A stretch of 64,000 bases of DNA from Alphaproteobacteria bacterium. GTDB taxonomy: Bacteria; Pseudomonadota; Alphaproteobacteria; GCA-2731375. Below, in pieces: positions 51,721-61,088 of this stretch (the stretch's first letter is position 1; the number at the start of each line of letters is the position of its first letter). The position numbers and the translations under genes were made by a program. Under the pieces are notes generated by a model. That model saw nothing but the letters and a program-made list of their open reading frames with translations. It was not told where the DNA came from and made no database searches. The DNA lies in assembly GCA_965225945.1 (NCBI GenBank), contig CBDDBZ010000022.1:42627-106626 (forward strand). The letters run 5' to 3'.

Positions 51721-53925
51721 AATCTGGTGGTCTATGTGGCCGACAAGGAAGGCGAGACCTTCGAGGGACGCATCATCGTCGCCCGCAATCAGCGAATATC
51801 CGATTTTCTGAACGCGGAGAACGCCTTCGTCCCCATCGAGTTGCATGACGGGACGATCCATCTGCTCGGTCGGCGCGCGATCAGCCGCGTGGCGCCGCGA
51901 GAGGACGACGTCGGCGCGCCGGCCCGCGGCTCCTACGACCTCTCGGGACAAGCTTTCAAGCTGACCAAGCGGAAGTCCGCCGTCTCGGTGCTCACCAATG
52001 ACGGCGAGGTGTTCGAGGGTCATTTCTTCGTCACCGGCGATCAGCGACTATCCGAGCTGCTGAACAGGGAAAGCGTCTTCTTCCCCTTCGAATTCCTCGA
52101 CGGAAAAATTCATCTGATCCATCGGAGCGTGATCAGCCGCGAGATACCACGAGAAGAGGACGGTGGCGCGCCGACCGAAGGCGCCTACTACGTCTTGGGA
52201 CAAACTTACAAGCTGACCAAGCGAAAATCCGCCGTCTCGGTGGTCGCCGAGGACGGCCAGATCCTGGAGGGAAATTTCTTCGTCACCGGCGATCAGCGAC
52301 TATCCGATTTGCTGAACGGAAGGAACGCCTTCGTCCCCTTCGAAATTCATGGCGCTACAATCCATCTGCTCGCTCGGAGCGCGATCAGCCGCGTGGTGCC
52401 GCGAGAGGACGACAGTGGCGCGTCGACCCACGTTTACCAAGCACAAGTGCCTTTCAAGCAGCCGAAGCGGAAGACCGCCGTCTCGCTGGTCACCAAGGAC
52501 GGCGAATTTTTCGAGGGACATATCTTCGTCGCCCGCGATCAGCGAGCCTCTGATGTGCTGAACGATGGCAGCCTCTTCGTCCCCTTCGAATTCCTCGACG
52601 GAAAAATTCATCTGATCCATCGCAGTACGATCAGCCGCGTGGTACCACGTGAGGAGGAAGGTGGCGCGTCGGAAGGCGTCTACTTCGCACAAGAAACTTT
52701 TAGTCAGTCGAAGCGGAAGTCCCCCATATTGGTGGTCGCCAAGGACGACGAGGCCTTCGAGGGACATTTCTCCGTCGGCGGGACCGAGCGAATTTCCGAT
52801 CTGCTGAACGCGGAGAGCGAGTTCGTTCCCTTCGAACTCCTCGACGGCACGATCCATCTGCTCGCTCGCAGCGCGATCCGCCGCGTGGTGCCGCGAAAGG
52901 ACGACGGTGGCGAGTCGGGAGGCTCCTACTTCGCACAAGCATCTTTCAAGCAGCCGAAACGGAGGTTCCCCGCCGCGGTGATCACCAAGGACGACGAGGT
53001 CTTCGAGGGACACTTCTTCGTCCCCGGGCGTCAGCGATTATCTCAGGTTCTGAAAGTAGAGAACGCCTTCGTGCCCTTCGAACTTCTCGACGGTACGATC
53101 CAGCTGCTCAATCGGAGCACGATCAACCGTGTGGTCCCGCGAGAGGACGAGGACGAGGACGAGGACGAACCTTCGGCCGAATTCGTTCGCGATGTCTTCA
53201 GGGGATCGGCGCGGGAAGGTGACTTGGTGATGGAAGGTGCCGTCGAAGATATCACCGTCGACGATCCGGCCACGCTCGCCGAGGCCGCCACGGATGCCGA
53301 CCTCGAAGGTCGAACCGGCCCTGCTCGAGGTCGTTCCAGACTTCATGATCCGATCGGGTGGGCCGGGACGCAGTGGGATCGAACCAGGGATCGAACCAGT
53401 GGACCAGAAATCGTGGCGCTGGCGGGCGCGACGGTGCTTCTGCTGATCGTCGCGATAATAGCGTCGACGATGTGGATCGGAGATGGCGAGCGGGGCGATG
53501 TTCTTCCCGAATACCAGAACGGCATGGCGGCGCTTGCAAGTGCCGATTACGAAACGGCGCGCGGTGTCTTTCGGCCCTTGGCGGAACAGGGTGTCGTCAG
53601 GGCGCAGGTCCAGCTCGCTCTCATGCACGAAAATGGCTACGGCGTGCCGCAAGATTACGTTGAAGCCCGCAATTGGTATCTAAAGGCCGCCGCCGAGGGC
53701 GATGTCCAGGGCCAATTGGCGCTCGGGCGCATCTATTTCATGGGCCTCGGGGTTTCGCAGGACCTGGTCCGGGCATACATGTGGTTCATCCTCGCGGCGG
53801 AAAAGGGCGATGCCTCGGCGATGAGATACCGTAACGACGCCCGGGCCGTGATGACCGGTCCCGAGATCGGCGAGGCCGAGCGCAGGGTGCGCGAATGGCG
53901 CGAGAGACACCAGGCCTCCGAGTGA
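51163..53925 (+). CDS. Fusion protein: IS5 transposase N-terminal (HTH) part + six Sm/Hfq-like repeats + TM + Sel1 repeats
   Basis: Uninterrupted 920-codon frame (start could be GTG 51163 or ATG 51271); six 82-84-aa repeats; TM IVALAGATVLLLIVAIIASTMWI; AQVQLALMHENGYGVPQDY and GQLALGRIYFMGLGVSQD. Confidence 0.85.
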   Translation: MTCGFFVVAKQQRGHKIRTATTRKKSARDGTRFASDMTDEEWGLVEPLLPSPRSTGRHRTTDLREVVNALLYVAETGCRWRMLPEEFPPSSTVRGYFYRWRDEGLLARINEHLVMPAPLAADRAASPSTDGEVSTSADREAASSADSEASPSADSEASPSAGVIDTPSVKPRESGGPRGHDAGNKKNLVVYVADKEGETFEGRIIVARNQRISDFLNAENAFVPIELHDGTIHLLGRRAISRVAPREDDVGAPARGSYDLSGQAFKLTKRKSAVSVLTNDGEVFEGHFFVTGDQRLSELLNRESVFFPFEFLDGKIHLIHRSVISREIPREEDGGAPTEGAYYVLGQTYKLTKRKSAVSVVAEDGQILEGNFFVTGDQRLSDLLNGRNAFVPFEIHGATIHLLARSAISRVVPREDDSGASTHVYQAQVPFKQPKRKTAVSLVTKDGEFFEGHIFVARDQRASDVLNDGSLFVPFEFLDGKIHLIHRSTISRVVPREEEGGASEGVYFAQETFSQSKRKSPILVVAKDDEAFEGHFSVGGTERISDLLNAESEFVPFELLDGTIHLLARSAIRRVVPRKDDGGESGGSYFAQASFKQPKRRFPAAVITKDDEVFEGHFFVPGRQRLSQVLKVENAFVPFELLDGTIQLLNRSTINRVVPREDEDEDEDEPSAEFVRDVFRGSAREGDLVMEGAVEDITVDDPATLAEAATDADLEGRTGPARGRSRLHDPIGWAGTQWDRTRDRTSGPEIVALAGATVLLLIVAIIASTMWIGDGERGDVLPEYQNGMAALASADYETARGVFRPLAEQGVVRAQVQLALMHENGYGVPQDYVEARNWYLKAAAEGDVQGQLALGRIYFMGLGVSQDLVRAYMWFILAAEKGDASAMRYRNDARAVMTGPEIGEAERRVREWRERHQASE
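51523..51642 (+). repeat. Five 24-bp repeats encoding ADxEASPS
   Basis: gcagacagcgaggcctctccctcg twice exactly plus three diverged units. Confidence 0.9.
51721..53143 (+). repeat. Six tandem domain repeats, period 246-252 bp
   Basis: KR(K/R) anchors at 51967, 52219, 52465, 52711 and 52957; consensus VSVxTxDGExFEGHFFVxxxQRxSDxLNxxxxFVPFExxDGxIHLxxRSAISRVVPRE. Confidence 0.95.
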
Positions 53926-54235
53926 AGGCGGCGCCGGCCCGCTCGTCGGCTCGATGGCGCGCGGCCCCGCCGCGTGGGCCCTCGCCCGTCAGGGGCCGCC
54001 CGCTCGGTGCGCGGGAGGTAGGGAGGGGCTTTTGAGCGGACCCTTCCAAGGGGTCATATCCGACATTCCCCAGATAGGCCCCGGTTCTGAGTGTCTGAGT
54101 AGACATTCGAGTTTTGGATGGCAATCTGGAACTTGATGAGCGACACTTATGACGCTTTCTTAGCGTTCGGTATCCAAGCTCTAGGGGCGCGACGGGACCG
54201 AGAGTCCAACACACTCTCGACCGGCGCCTTTATCG

Positions 54236-55666
54236 TCAGTCTACAAGAACGTACTCCAGGCCGAGGGGGATGTTGACGTAGCCGCTGGCGCAGTCGTCGG
54301 CGGCGGGGCCGACCATGGCATTTCCGGCCAATTTGACTGTATCGGAAATAATTTGGATGCCACAGGGCCCATCTATGGTGGAGCCTCCAACGATCTCCAC
54401 CAGTTGAGTCGGCATATAGACCGCGCCGTCCAGGATGACCGGGTCGCTGCCGGCAAGTTTCCACCAGAAGTCTCCCGGAGTCGATGCAGGATCACCGAAG
54501 AACAAAACACCGGCGTAATAATCCGGGGATGGATAAGCCATGGGTGGATCATATTGCGGGATTGGTGCCGAGAGGGTTATGCTGTTGCTGCTCCCTGTGA
54601 TGTGAATATTTCCATAGTTGCCGATGCCATCGTCTGTGTTGTAAAACATGACTCCACCTGGCATGTTTGTGTACGTATTGGAGTTGCCCGCTATCGACAG
54701 TCCTCCGCCCCTGAGGACATATATCCCAGGGGCAAATTCGACAGTCATACTATTCCCGCCGAAACTGAGTCCTCCACAATAAGTGCCGGGCGTCATCATC
54801 ACCATCGCGTAATTCGTGTTGTAAATCAGATCGGTATGAGCAGCATCACAGACAGGGACGACAGGCGGCGGCTGCATGTATGCGAGTGGGTCGATTGGCA
54901 TATAATCGCAACCCTCAGTGATGTCTGGCGGGTCCGGATACCATGACACCCCTCCGCTTTCTTTGATACCGCCCGCGATGCAGACTTCCCCCACAGCAAT
55001 ATCGGCGGTCCCCGTTGTCGTTATGCCCTCCGGATCGTCCGACCAGGCCGCGATGCCACATTTGCCGAGGTCCGTGTTGTTGGTGCCAGTTATCTGGATG
55101 GCGTTCTTCTCGGTTTTATTGAGAGAGAGAATGCATGCCGTACCATCGCCGGGGCCGGCGTAGGCGACGGCTTTCGCGGTCACGTCCGTCTGCCTGAAAC
55201 CGATCACGGCCGCGAAAAACAGGCCAAGCGGATTACCATTCACCTGAGCACGACGCGCGATCACTTTGACCGCGTCGGCTTTTTCGCCGGTTGGAATGTC
55301 GCTCAGGGCATAGAAAGTCCTGGTGTCCGGATCCCAATGCCCTGGCTTGACATCCGAGGTCGCGACGATGTTGCCATGGTTCGCGAGCGACATGTTCTTT
55401 TGAGCGTAGGTACGTGCCTCGCCGACGATGGTGCTCTGTTCCGTGGTGCCGAGGGTGCCGGTGTTCGTCGGAATCACCACCACACCCGCCAAGGCGGACG
55501 CGTCCGCCGCCCCTTGCAATTGCGTGCGGGTCCAGTAGAGATGACCGCCGTCGATCGCCAGCGCGGCAAATCCGATCAAAACCACCGACAGAAGCGCAAC
55601 CATGATGGCGACCGCGCCCTGCCGGTCGTCCCGGAACGAGGTCAGGAATAGCCAACATCGTTCCAT
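54236..55666 (-). CDS. TadG-like Flp pilus assembly/tip protein
   Basis: FRDDRQG/AVAIMVALLSVVLIGFAALAIDGG...LQGAADASALAG, TadG C-terminal motif (VKVIARR...LFFA), Gly-rich beta domain (PGTYCGG, PGIYV). Confidence 0.88.
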   Translation of the reverse strand: MERCWLFLTSFRDDRQGAVAIMVALLSVVLIGFAALAIDGGHLYWTRTQLQGAADASALAGVVVIPTNTGTLGTTEQSTIVGEARTYAQKNMSLANHGNIVATSDVKPGHWDPDTRTFYALSDIPTGEKADAVKVIARRAQVNGNPLGLFFAAVIGFRQTDVTAKAVAYAGPGDGTACILSLNKTEKNAIQITGTNNTDLGKCGIAAWSDDPEGITTTGTADIAVGEVCIAGGIKESGGVSWYPDPPDITEGCDYMPIDPLAYMQPPPVVPVCDAAHTDLIYNTNYAMVMMTPGTYCGGLSFGGNSMTVEFAPGIYVLRGGGLSIAGNSNTYTNMPGGVMFYNTDDGIGNYGNIHITGSSNSITLSAPIPQYDPPMAYPSPDYYAGVLFFGDPASTPGDFWWKLAGSDPVILDGAVYMPTQLVEIVGGSTIDGPCGIQIISDTVKLAGNAMVGPAADDCASGYVNIPLGLEYVLVD

Positions 55667-56393
55667 GCGCAGACTTGGCGAGCATGGGACGGACCTCAAT
55701 CGGAACACGCCTTGTCGCTGCATCATGGACCTTTCGGTCTCGTCGCTCACTCCCTGGTCAACCGGGGGGCGCGCCTCGATAGCGGCCACCTCCCCGTAAA
55801 CGGCCGCGAGTGCCCCAGGGATACCGGCCGTCACGGGCGTGGTGTCAGTGGTGTCGGCCATCATGGTGCCCCCGAATATTGCCTAGCGCCTTCGCTCCCG
55901 AGAATATGAGCAAAATTGTCGGAATTCAAAGTGCGCTCCATCACACCCAAAACAAAACACCGTGCTCTCTGAGCGTGGCGTGGCACCGGTTGGCGTGGCC
56001 GCACGGGTGGCAGGCAAGGCTTGGCGGCGGCGAGGACCTCGCCGGGGCGTCCTCGGCGAGCCGAGGCAACGCGCGGAGGTGGCCTATCCGCTCGCCGGAG
56101 AAGCGCCACGGGCGGATCGAAACCCGCTTCTCACGATCCCTCTTCCCGCATGGTCGACTGCGCGATCATCGTGCCGGAGTCGAAGAAACCGAGGATGTCG
56201 CCCAGGGCGATCGCGCTCCGGGGTACCGTCACTCTCACGGTGACATCCGAGGCATCGGGGCAAAGCGTCGCGTCCACGACGGCCGGGCTGCAGGAGGCGA
56301 CGCTGAAACTCCCCACCGCCAGGCCGGAGAGGTAATCGCAGGGACTTATAAAGCCCACTTGACGGTGGCGGGCGGACTCCCGACTATTCGGGG

Positions 56394-56846
56394 ATGTTCA
56401 AATTCTTCGGCAACAGGTGGTTCACTGTGATCGGGGCGGGTTCTTTTGCGCTGGGCATTCCCGGCGCCTTGGATGGCTTCCGCATTTGGGGCGACTGGCT
56501 CAGCTTCATGAGCGGCACGCCTTCAACCGTGGCGGTTACCATCGGCGGCATGTTTATATTCTTGTGGCTGCTAAGCAAGTCACTCGATTGGCGTAGTCTT
56601 CGGAGACGGGATCGTGAGTTCTTGGCCGCGATGGAGGAGTTCACATCGTCGTCTCCGGATCATCCGCACACTCGGAGGCTACGGCTCCTGCGCCGTCTCG
56701 GCCACATAGGCCTTGGTGCTCCCCATCCAAAGGCCGACGATGAGTTTTGGGATGACTACGAGCGGCTCATGATGGCGAACGCGCGGGACAAGCGTTATCA
56801 GGATGCCAAAGAATTCGGCCAGAAGGTCAAAGGAATGAGAGAATGA
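56394..56846 (+). CDS. Passenger hypothetical membrane protein (two N-terminal hydrophobic segments)
   Basis: 150-aa ORF just downstream of a TTGAC at the inner edge of the left IR. Confidence 0.7.
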   Translation: MFKFFGNRWFTVIGAGSFALGIPGALDGFRIWGDWLSFMSGTPSTVAVTIGGMFIFLWLLSKSLDWRSLRRRDREFLAAMEEFTSSSPDHPHTRRLRLLRRLGHIGLGAPHPKADDEFWDDYERLMMANARDKRYQDAKEFGQKVKGMRE

Positions 56847-56850
56847 TCCC

Positions 56851-57154
56851 ATGACAGAAGATGAACGCGCGACCGCGGTTCTAGAGAACATCAGGCGTCG
56901 CGACGAACTCCGCCGCGATATTCAGATTCTCGAACAAAAGCTAAAGAATGATGGCCGCGCCATAGAGCGCCTTGTCGGAGAATCCGTCCAATGTCCGTCA
57001 GTCCGTACGGGAGCTCGATTTCGAGCTATCTAACGGCCAGATCAGTACCCTGAATTGCGACGATCTCCGCCGCGCGGTAGTTGACCTCAAAGAAGCTCAA
57101 GACGAACTGTTGTCCGTGAATATGGTCTTGGAACCAGGGATCTCTGAGAGATGA
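56851..57154 (+). pseudogene. Passenger coiled-coil hypothetical protein, frameshifted near 56970
   Basis: MTEDERATAVLENIRRRDELRRDIQILEQKLK... continues in the next frame as LSENPSN...LRRAVVDLKEAQDELL... Confidence 0.5.
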
Positions 57155-57929
57155 GACCTGGGATGCCTGATCCAGCCCGGGACTTCGCGGATGGTGATTT
57201 CAAGTAGTCTTTATAAGTCCCTAATCGCAGGCAACGAACTCCGCCGTGCCGGCCGTCGCCGAAGTGCAGACGGTGGCGGTTCCCCCACCAGCGGTCACCG
57301 CCTTGACCGAGAGCGCTCTCGCGCCCTCCCGGGCGGCGTTGGTTATGCTGGACTGGACGTAGAATGCGTATCCAAACCGGATGATTCCAGGGATCATCAA
57401 TAGAACGAGCAAAATCGGAATGATAAACGCGAATTCAATCGCGGGTCCGCCACTTTGGTCGGTGGTAAAGCGCCTGATCATATTCACATCAGCACCGCCA
57501 CATAAATACGTCATTATTGCAACCGAATGCCTGGAATGCTCGCCAGTACATCCGCAAGCGATGCAATATACCACGATCATATGCCCCTTCAAACCCGAAA
57601 ATCAAGAACTCTCCATGCCATTGCTCGCATTGCGCAAGTCTTCGAGGGCTCGGAATACGGAACAACTGGAATCCAAACGGTCACGGTCGGGAAGCGGGTT
57701 CCCCCGCTTCCCCCGCGCAAAACCCGGCCCGCGGCACGACCCGACCGGGCATCCGCCTCTGAGGTTCGACGCCAAATCGATCTCGAGGCCAGGGATGAAG
57801 GATCCCGGGCTCGGGGCGCCATCACACGCGAGCCGAGCGCGATCCGCCCTTGCTCGATCCGCGGGCGCGCGCCCTCGCCGCCACGATTTCCGCGCCACAC
57901 CAAGCTAGGCCGAGCCGGCGCCGCCCGGT

Positions 57930-59264
57930 TCATGGCGAGGTTTCGCCGACCTCCCAAGGCCTGTCACCGGCCCACTTGCGCCAGCGCCCGAGATCGGCGG
58001 CGGTCAGGGCGACGCGGAGCCGTAGGGCGGTCTCGTCGGCCTCGCGGGCCACGACCTCGCCGTGGGCATGCAACCAGGCGAGCGCGGCGCCGTCGTCCGG
58101 GGCCAAGCACACGTCGAGCAGTTGCCGCGCCGGCGCCAGCATCTGGTCCAAGCGGGCGAGAAGCCGCTCGCACGCCTCGCCGCTCAACGCCGAAAGGGCC
58201 ACCCGATCCGGCCGATCGCCGTCGCTCGCGCCCACCTCGGCCCGGCCCGAGGGATCCAGCAGGTCTATCTTGTTCCAGACCTCGAGCAGCGGGGGTCCGT
58301 CCGCGCCGAGCAGGTCGAGTTCGCCCAGCACCGTCTCGACGTCGAGACGCTGGGCCTCGCGGTCCGGGTGGGCGATGTCGCGGACGTGCAGGATGACGCT
58401 CGCCTCCCGCAATTCCTCGAGGGTCGCGCGGAAGGCCACCACCAGATGGGTCGGCAGCTCGGCGACGAAGCCGACCGTGTCGGCCAAGAGGATCCGCCCG
58501 GCGCGCGGCAGATCGATGCCGCGCAGGCTCGGGTCGAGGGTGGCGAAGAGCTGATCCTCGGCGAAAACCGCGGCCCGGCTCAGCCGATTGAAGAGGGTCG
58601 ACTTGCCCGCGTTGGTATAGCCCACCAGCGCCACCACCGGATGGGGCGCCTGGCGCCGGCGGCGGCGCTGCAACTCGCGCGTGCGTCGAACGCCGTCGAG
58701 CCGCTTGGCGATCGACTCGATCCGCCGGTCGAGCATCCGCCGGTCAGCCTCCAATTGGGTTTCACCCGGCCCGCCGACGGCGCCGAGACCACCGCGCTGG
58801 CGCTCCAGATGAGTCCAGGTCCGGACCAGCCGGCCGCGCTGGTAGGTGAGCTGGGCGAGATCGACTTGGAGCCGGCCCTCGCGGCTTCGCGCCCGGGCGC
58901 CGAAGATCTCCAGGATCAGGCCTGTCCGGTCGATCACCTTGCAATTGAAGGCGGTTTCGAGATTTCGTTGCTGCACGGGACCGAGCGGCGCGTTCACCAC
59001 CACCAGTTCCGCCTCGAGCTCGCGCACGGCATCGGCGAGCGCCACCACCTTGCCGGTGCCCAGCAGCGTCTTGGCCCGCGCGCGCGGGAGCGGCACCACT
59101 TCGCCATGGACGACCTCGAGGTCGATGGCGCGCGCGAGGCCCACCGCCTCTTCCAGCATCGCCTCCGGGGTCCGCGCCGCGGCGCGGCCGACATCGGGAT
59201 GGATGACGAGGCAGCGCCCGCTGGCGCCCGGCCCGCCCTCGGCGGCGTGAAACCGTTCGCTCAC
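57930..59264 (-). CDS. hflX: GTPase HflX
   Basis: [51 protein letters not shown]; GTG overlaps the hfq stop. Confidence 0.97.
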   Translation of the reverse strand: MSERFHAAEGGPGASGRCLVIHPDVGRAAARTPEAMLEEAVGLARAIDLEVVHGEVVPLPRARAKTLLGTGKVVALADAVRELEAELVVVNAPLGPVQQRNLETAFNCKVIDRTGLILEIFGARARSREGRLQVDLAQLTYQRGRLVRTWTHLERQRGGLGAVGGPGETQLEADRRMLDRRIESIAKRLDGVRRTRELQRRRRRQAPHPVVALVGYTNAGKSTLFNRLSRAAVFAEDQLFATLDPSLRGIDLPRAGRILLADTVGFVAELPTHLVVAFRATLEELREASVILHVRDIAHPDREAQRLDVETVLGELDLLGADGPPLLEVWNKIDLLDPSGRAEVGASDGDRPDRVALSALSGEACERLLARLDQMLAPARQLLDVCLAPDDGAALAWLHAHGEVVAREADETALRLRVALTAADLGRWRKWAGDRPWEVGETSP

Positions 59265-59518
59265 GCCGACTCGGTCACCTCCTCGGTCTGCGCGGGGTCG
59301 TAAAGCTGTACCGGTGTCGCCGGCATGACCGTCGAAATCGCGTGCTTGTAGACCAACTGGATGTGGGCGTCGCGCTTCAACAGCACGCAAAAGTTGTCGA
59401 AGCCGCTGATCGCGCCTTGCAACTTGACGCCGTTTACCAGGAACACCGTGACGGGAGTGTGGTTTTTGCGGACATGGTTGAGAAACACGTCCTGGACGTT
59501 GTGCGAGCGTTCTGACAT
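59261..59518 (-). CDS. hfq: RNA chaperone Hfq
   Basis: [24 protein letters not shown]...FDNF...[13 protein letters not shown]. Confidence 0.99.
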   Translation of the reverse strand: MSERSHNVQDVFLNHVRKNHTPVTVFLVNGVKLQGAISGFDNFCVLLKRDAHIQLVYKHAISTVMPATPVQLYDPAQTEEVTESA

Positions 59519-59711
59519 CGGAAAGCGAACCCTTTATTCGTTGTTACGCCATTCTTCCTTGTCATCTCGGGGCCGGCGCCCCGATACACGAGGGGATGCC
59601 GCCACCTCTGGCCGTTCGGATCGCGTCCCACGCCGGTTCGGAGGCGGCACCTCCCCTACATGGTCGGGAATCCCGGCAATAGCAAGCTTCGCCCCCTCGC
59701 CGCCCCTTCGA

Positions 59712-61088
59712 TCAGAAGAAGTCGATCCGAACCGAGAACATCTTCTCCACCTGGCGGACCCGGTCGGCGAGCGCGAACATGATCACCCGGTCGCCGGTCT
59801 TGATCACCGTATCGCCCCGAGGGATCACGATGGTGCCCTCGCGGACCACGGCGCCGACGATGACGCCGGAGGGAACGCGCGCCTCGCGCAAGGGTTGGCC
59901 GACCAGGGGGGAGGTCTCCATCGCCTCGGCGTCGATGATCTCCGCCATGCCGTCGCGCAAGCTATAGACGCCGCGAATGCGGCCGCGCCTGACGTGTCGC
60001 AGGATCGAGGAGACCGTGGTCGCGCGCGGATTGACCGCGACGTCGATGCCGAGGGAGGAGATCAGCGGTCCGTAACTCGCGTTGTTGATCAGCGTCACCA
60101 CCCGTTCGGTGCCCTGGCGCTTGGCCAGCAGCGAGACCAGGATGTTGACTTGATCATCGTCGGTGACCGCGACCACCGTTTCCGTGCTCTCGACGTTCGC
60201 CTCGCTCAGGATCTCGCGGTCGAGCGCGTCGCCGTTGATGACGACGGCGTGTTCCAGCCGGTCGGCGACCAGGCGCGCACGCTCGGGATTGCGCTCGATC
60301 AAATTGACGCGCACGCCACTGTCCTCGCCCTCGATCAGGCCCGCGATATAGAGGCCGATGTTGCCGCCGCCGACAATGATCATCCGCCGCGCCTCTTGCT
60401 CCTCGTGACCGAACAGCGCCATCGCGCGGGCGACGTGATTGCTGTCGGCGACGAAATAGATCTCGTCGCCCGCCCGCATCTGGTCGTCCCCGGTCGGCAC
60501 CACCATCCGGTCGCCCCGGACGATGGCGACGACGACGATGTTGAGATCGGGGAACAGCTCGGTGAGCTGGCGCATCGGCGTATCGCTCACCGGGCAATCC
60601 TCGCCGACGAAGACACCGATCACCTGTACCGCGCCTTCGGCGAAGGGAATGGTGTCGAATGCGCCGGGTACGTGCAGGCGGCGCACCACGGCTTCCGCGA
60701 CCTCGATCTCGGGCGAGATGATGACGTCGATCGGCATGTGGTCGCGGCTGAACAGATCGCGCCAGATCGGATTGAGGTAACTCTGGGCGCGGACCCGGGC
60801 GATCTTGGTCGGCACGTTGAAGAGAGAATGCGCGACCTGGCAGGCGACCATGTTCACCTCGTCGGCGTAGGTCACCGCGATCAGCATGTCGGCGTCCTCG
60901 ACGCCGGCCCGCTCCAATACATCCGGATGCGAGGCAAAACCAATCATTCCTTGCGCATCCAAGGTGTCGTTGACCCTTTGGATCAACTGCGGGTTCGTGT
61001 CGACAATGGTGATGTCGTTGTGTTCCTCCGCAAGTTGACGGGCGATCGGGAAGCCGACCTGGCCGGCCCCGCAGATGACGATATTCAC
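59712..61088 (-). CDS. trkA: Trk potassium uptake NAD-binding subunit
   Basis: GAGQVG, DEVNMVACQVA, ISPE, second RCK GGGNIG; lies downstream of ntrX. Confidence 0.96.
   Translation of the reverse strand: MNIVICGAGQVGFPIARQLAEEHNDITIVDTNPQLIQRVNDTLDAQGMIGFASHPDVLERAGVEDADMLIAVTYADEVNMVACQVAHSLFNVPTKIARVRAQSYLNPIWRDLFSRDHMPIDVIISPEIEVAEAVVRRLHVPGAFDTIPFAEGAVQVIGVFVGEDCPVSDTPMRQLTELFPDLNIVVVAIVRGDRMVVPTGDDQMRAGDEIYFVADSNHVARAMALFGHEEQEARRMIIVGGGNIGLYIAGLIEGEDSGVRVNLIERNPERARLVADRLEHAVVINGDALDREILSEANVESTETVVAVTDDDQVNILVSLLAKRQGTERVVTLINNASYGPLISSLGIDVAVNPRATTVSSILRHVRRGRIRGVYSLRDGMAEIIDAEAMETSPLVGQPLREARVPSGVIVGAVVREGTIVIPRGDTVIKTGDRVIMFALADRVRQVEKMFSVRIDFF

Larger units (their letters stand above)
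56341..57221 (+). mobile_element. Non-autonomous IS1595-like mobile insertion cassette with passenger genes (881 bp)
   Basis: IRs gggacttataaagcccacttga / tcaagtagtctttataagtccc (20/22); 8-bp TSD taatcgca (56333-56340 and 57222-57229); no transposase inside. Confidence 0.9.
56131..57481 (-). pseudogene. TadE-like pseudopilin interrupted by an 881-bp cassette
   Basis: MIRRFTTDQSGGPAIEFAFIIPILL...NAAREGAR...EFVACD|YLSGLAV...VTVRVTVP...AQSTMREE rejoins in frame after cassette removal. Confidence 0.9.

Noticed and set aside
51721-53143. Repeats of about 246 bp as a DGR template/variable pair or an ncRNA array
   Set aside because: Differences are not adenine-specific, no reverse transcriptase is present, and the repeats are in-frame protein domains
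55667-55864. 66-aa N-terminal extension of TadG given by the ORF track
   Set aside because: The prepilin-like motif places the start at 55666; the extension has no support
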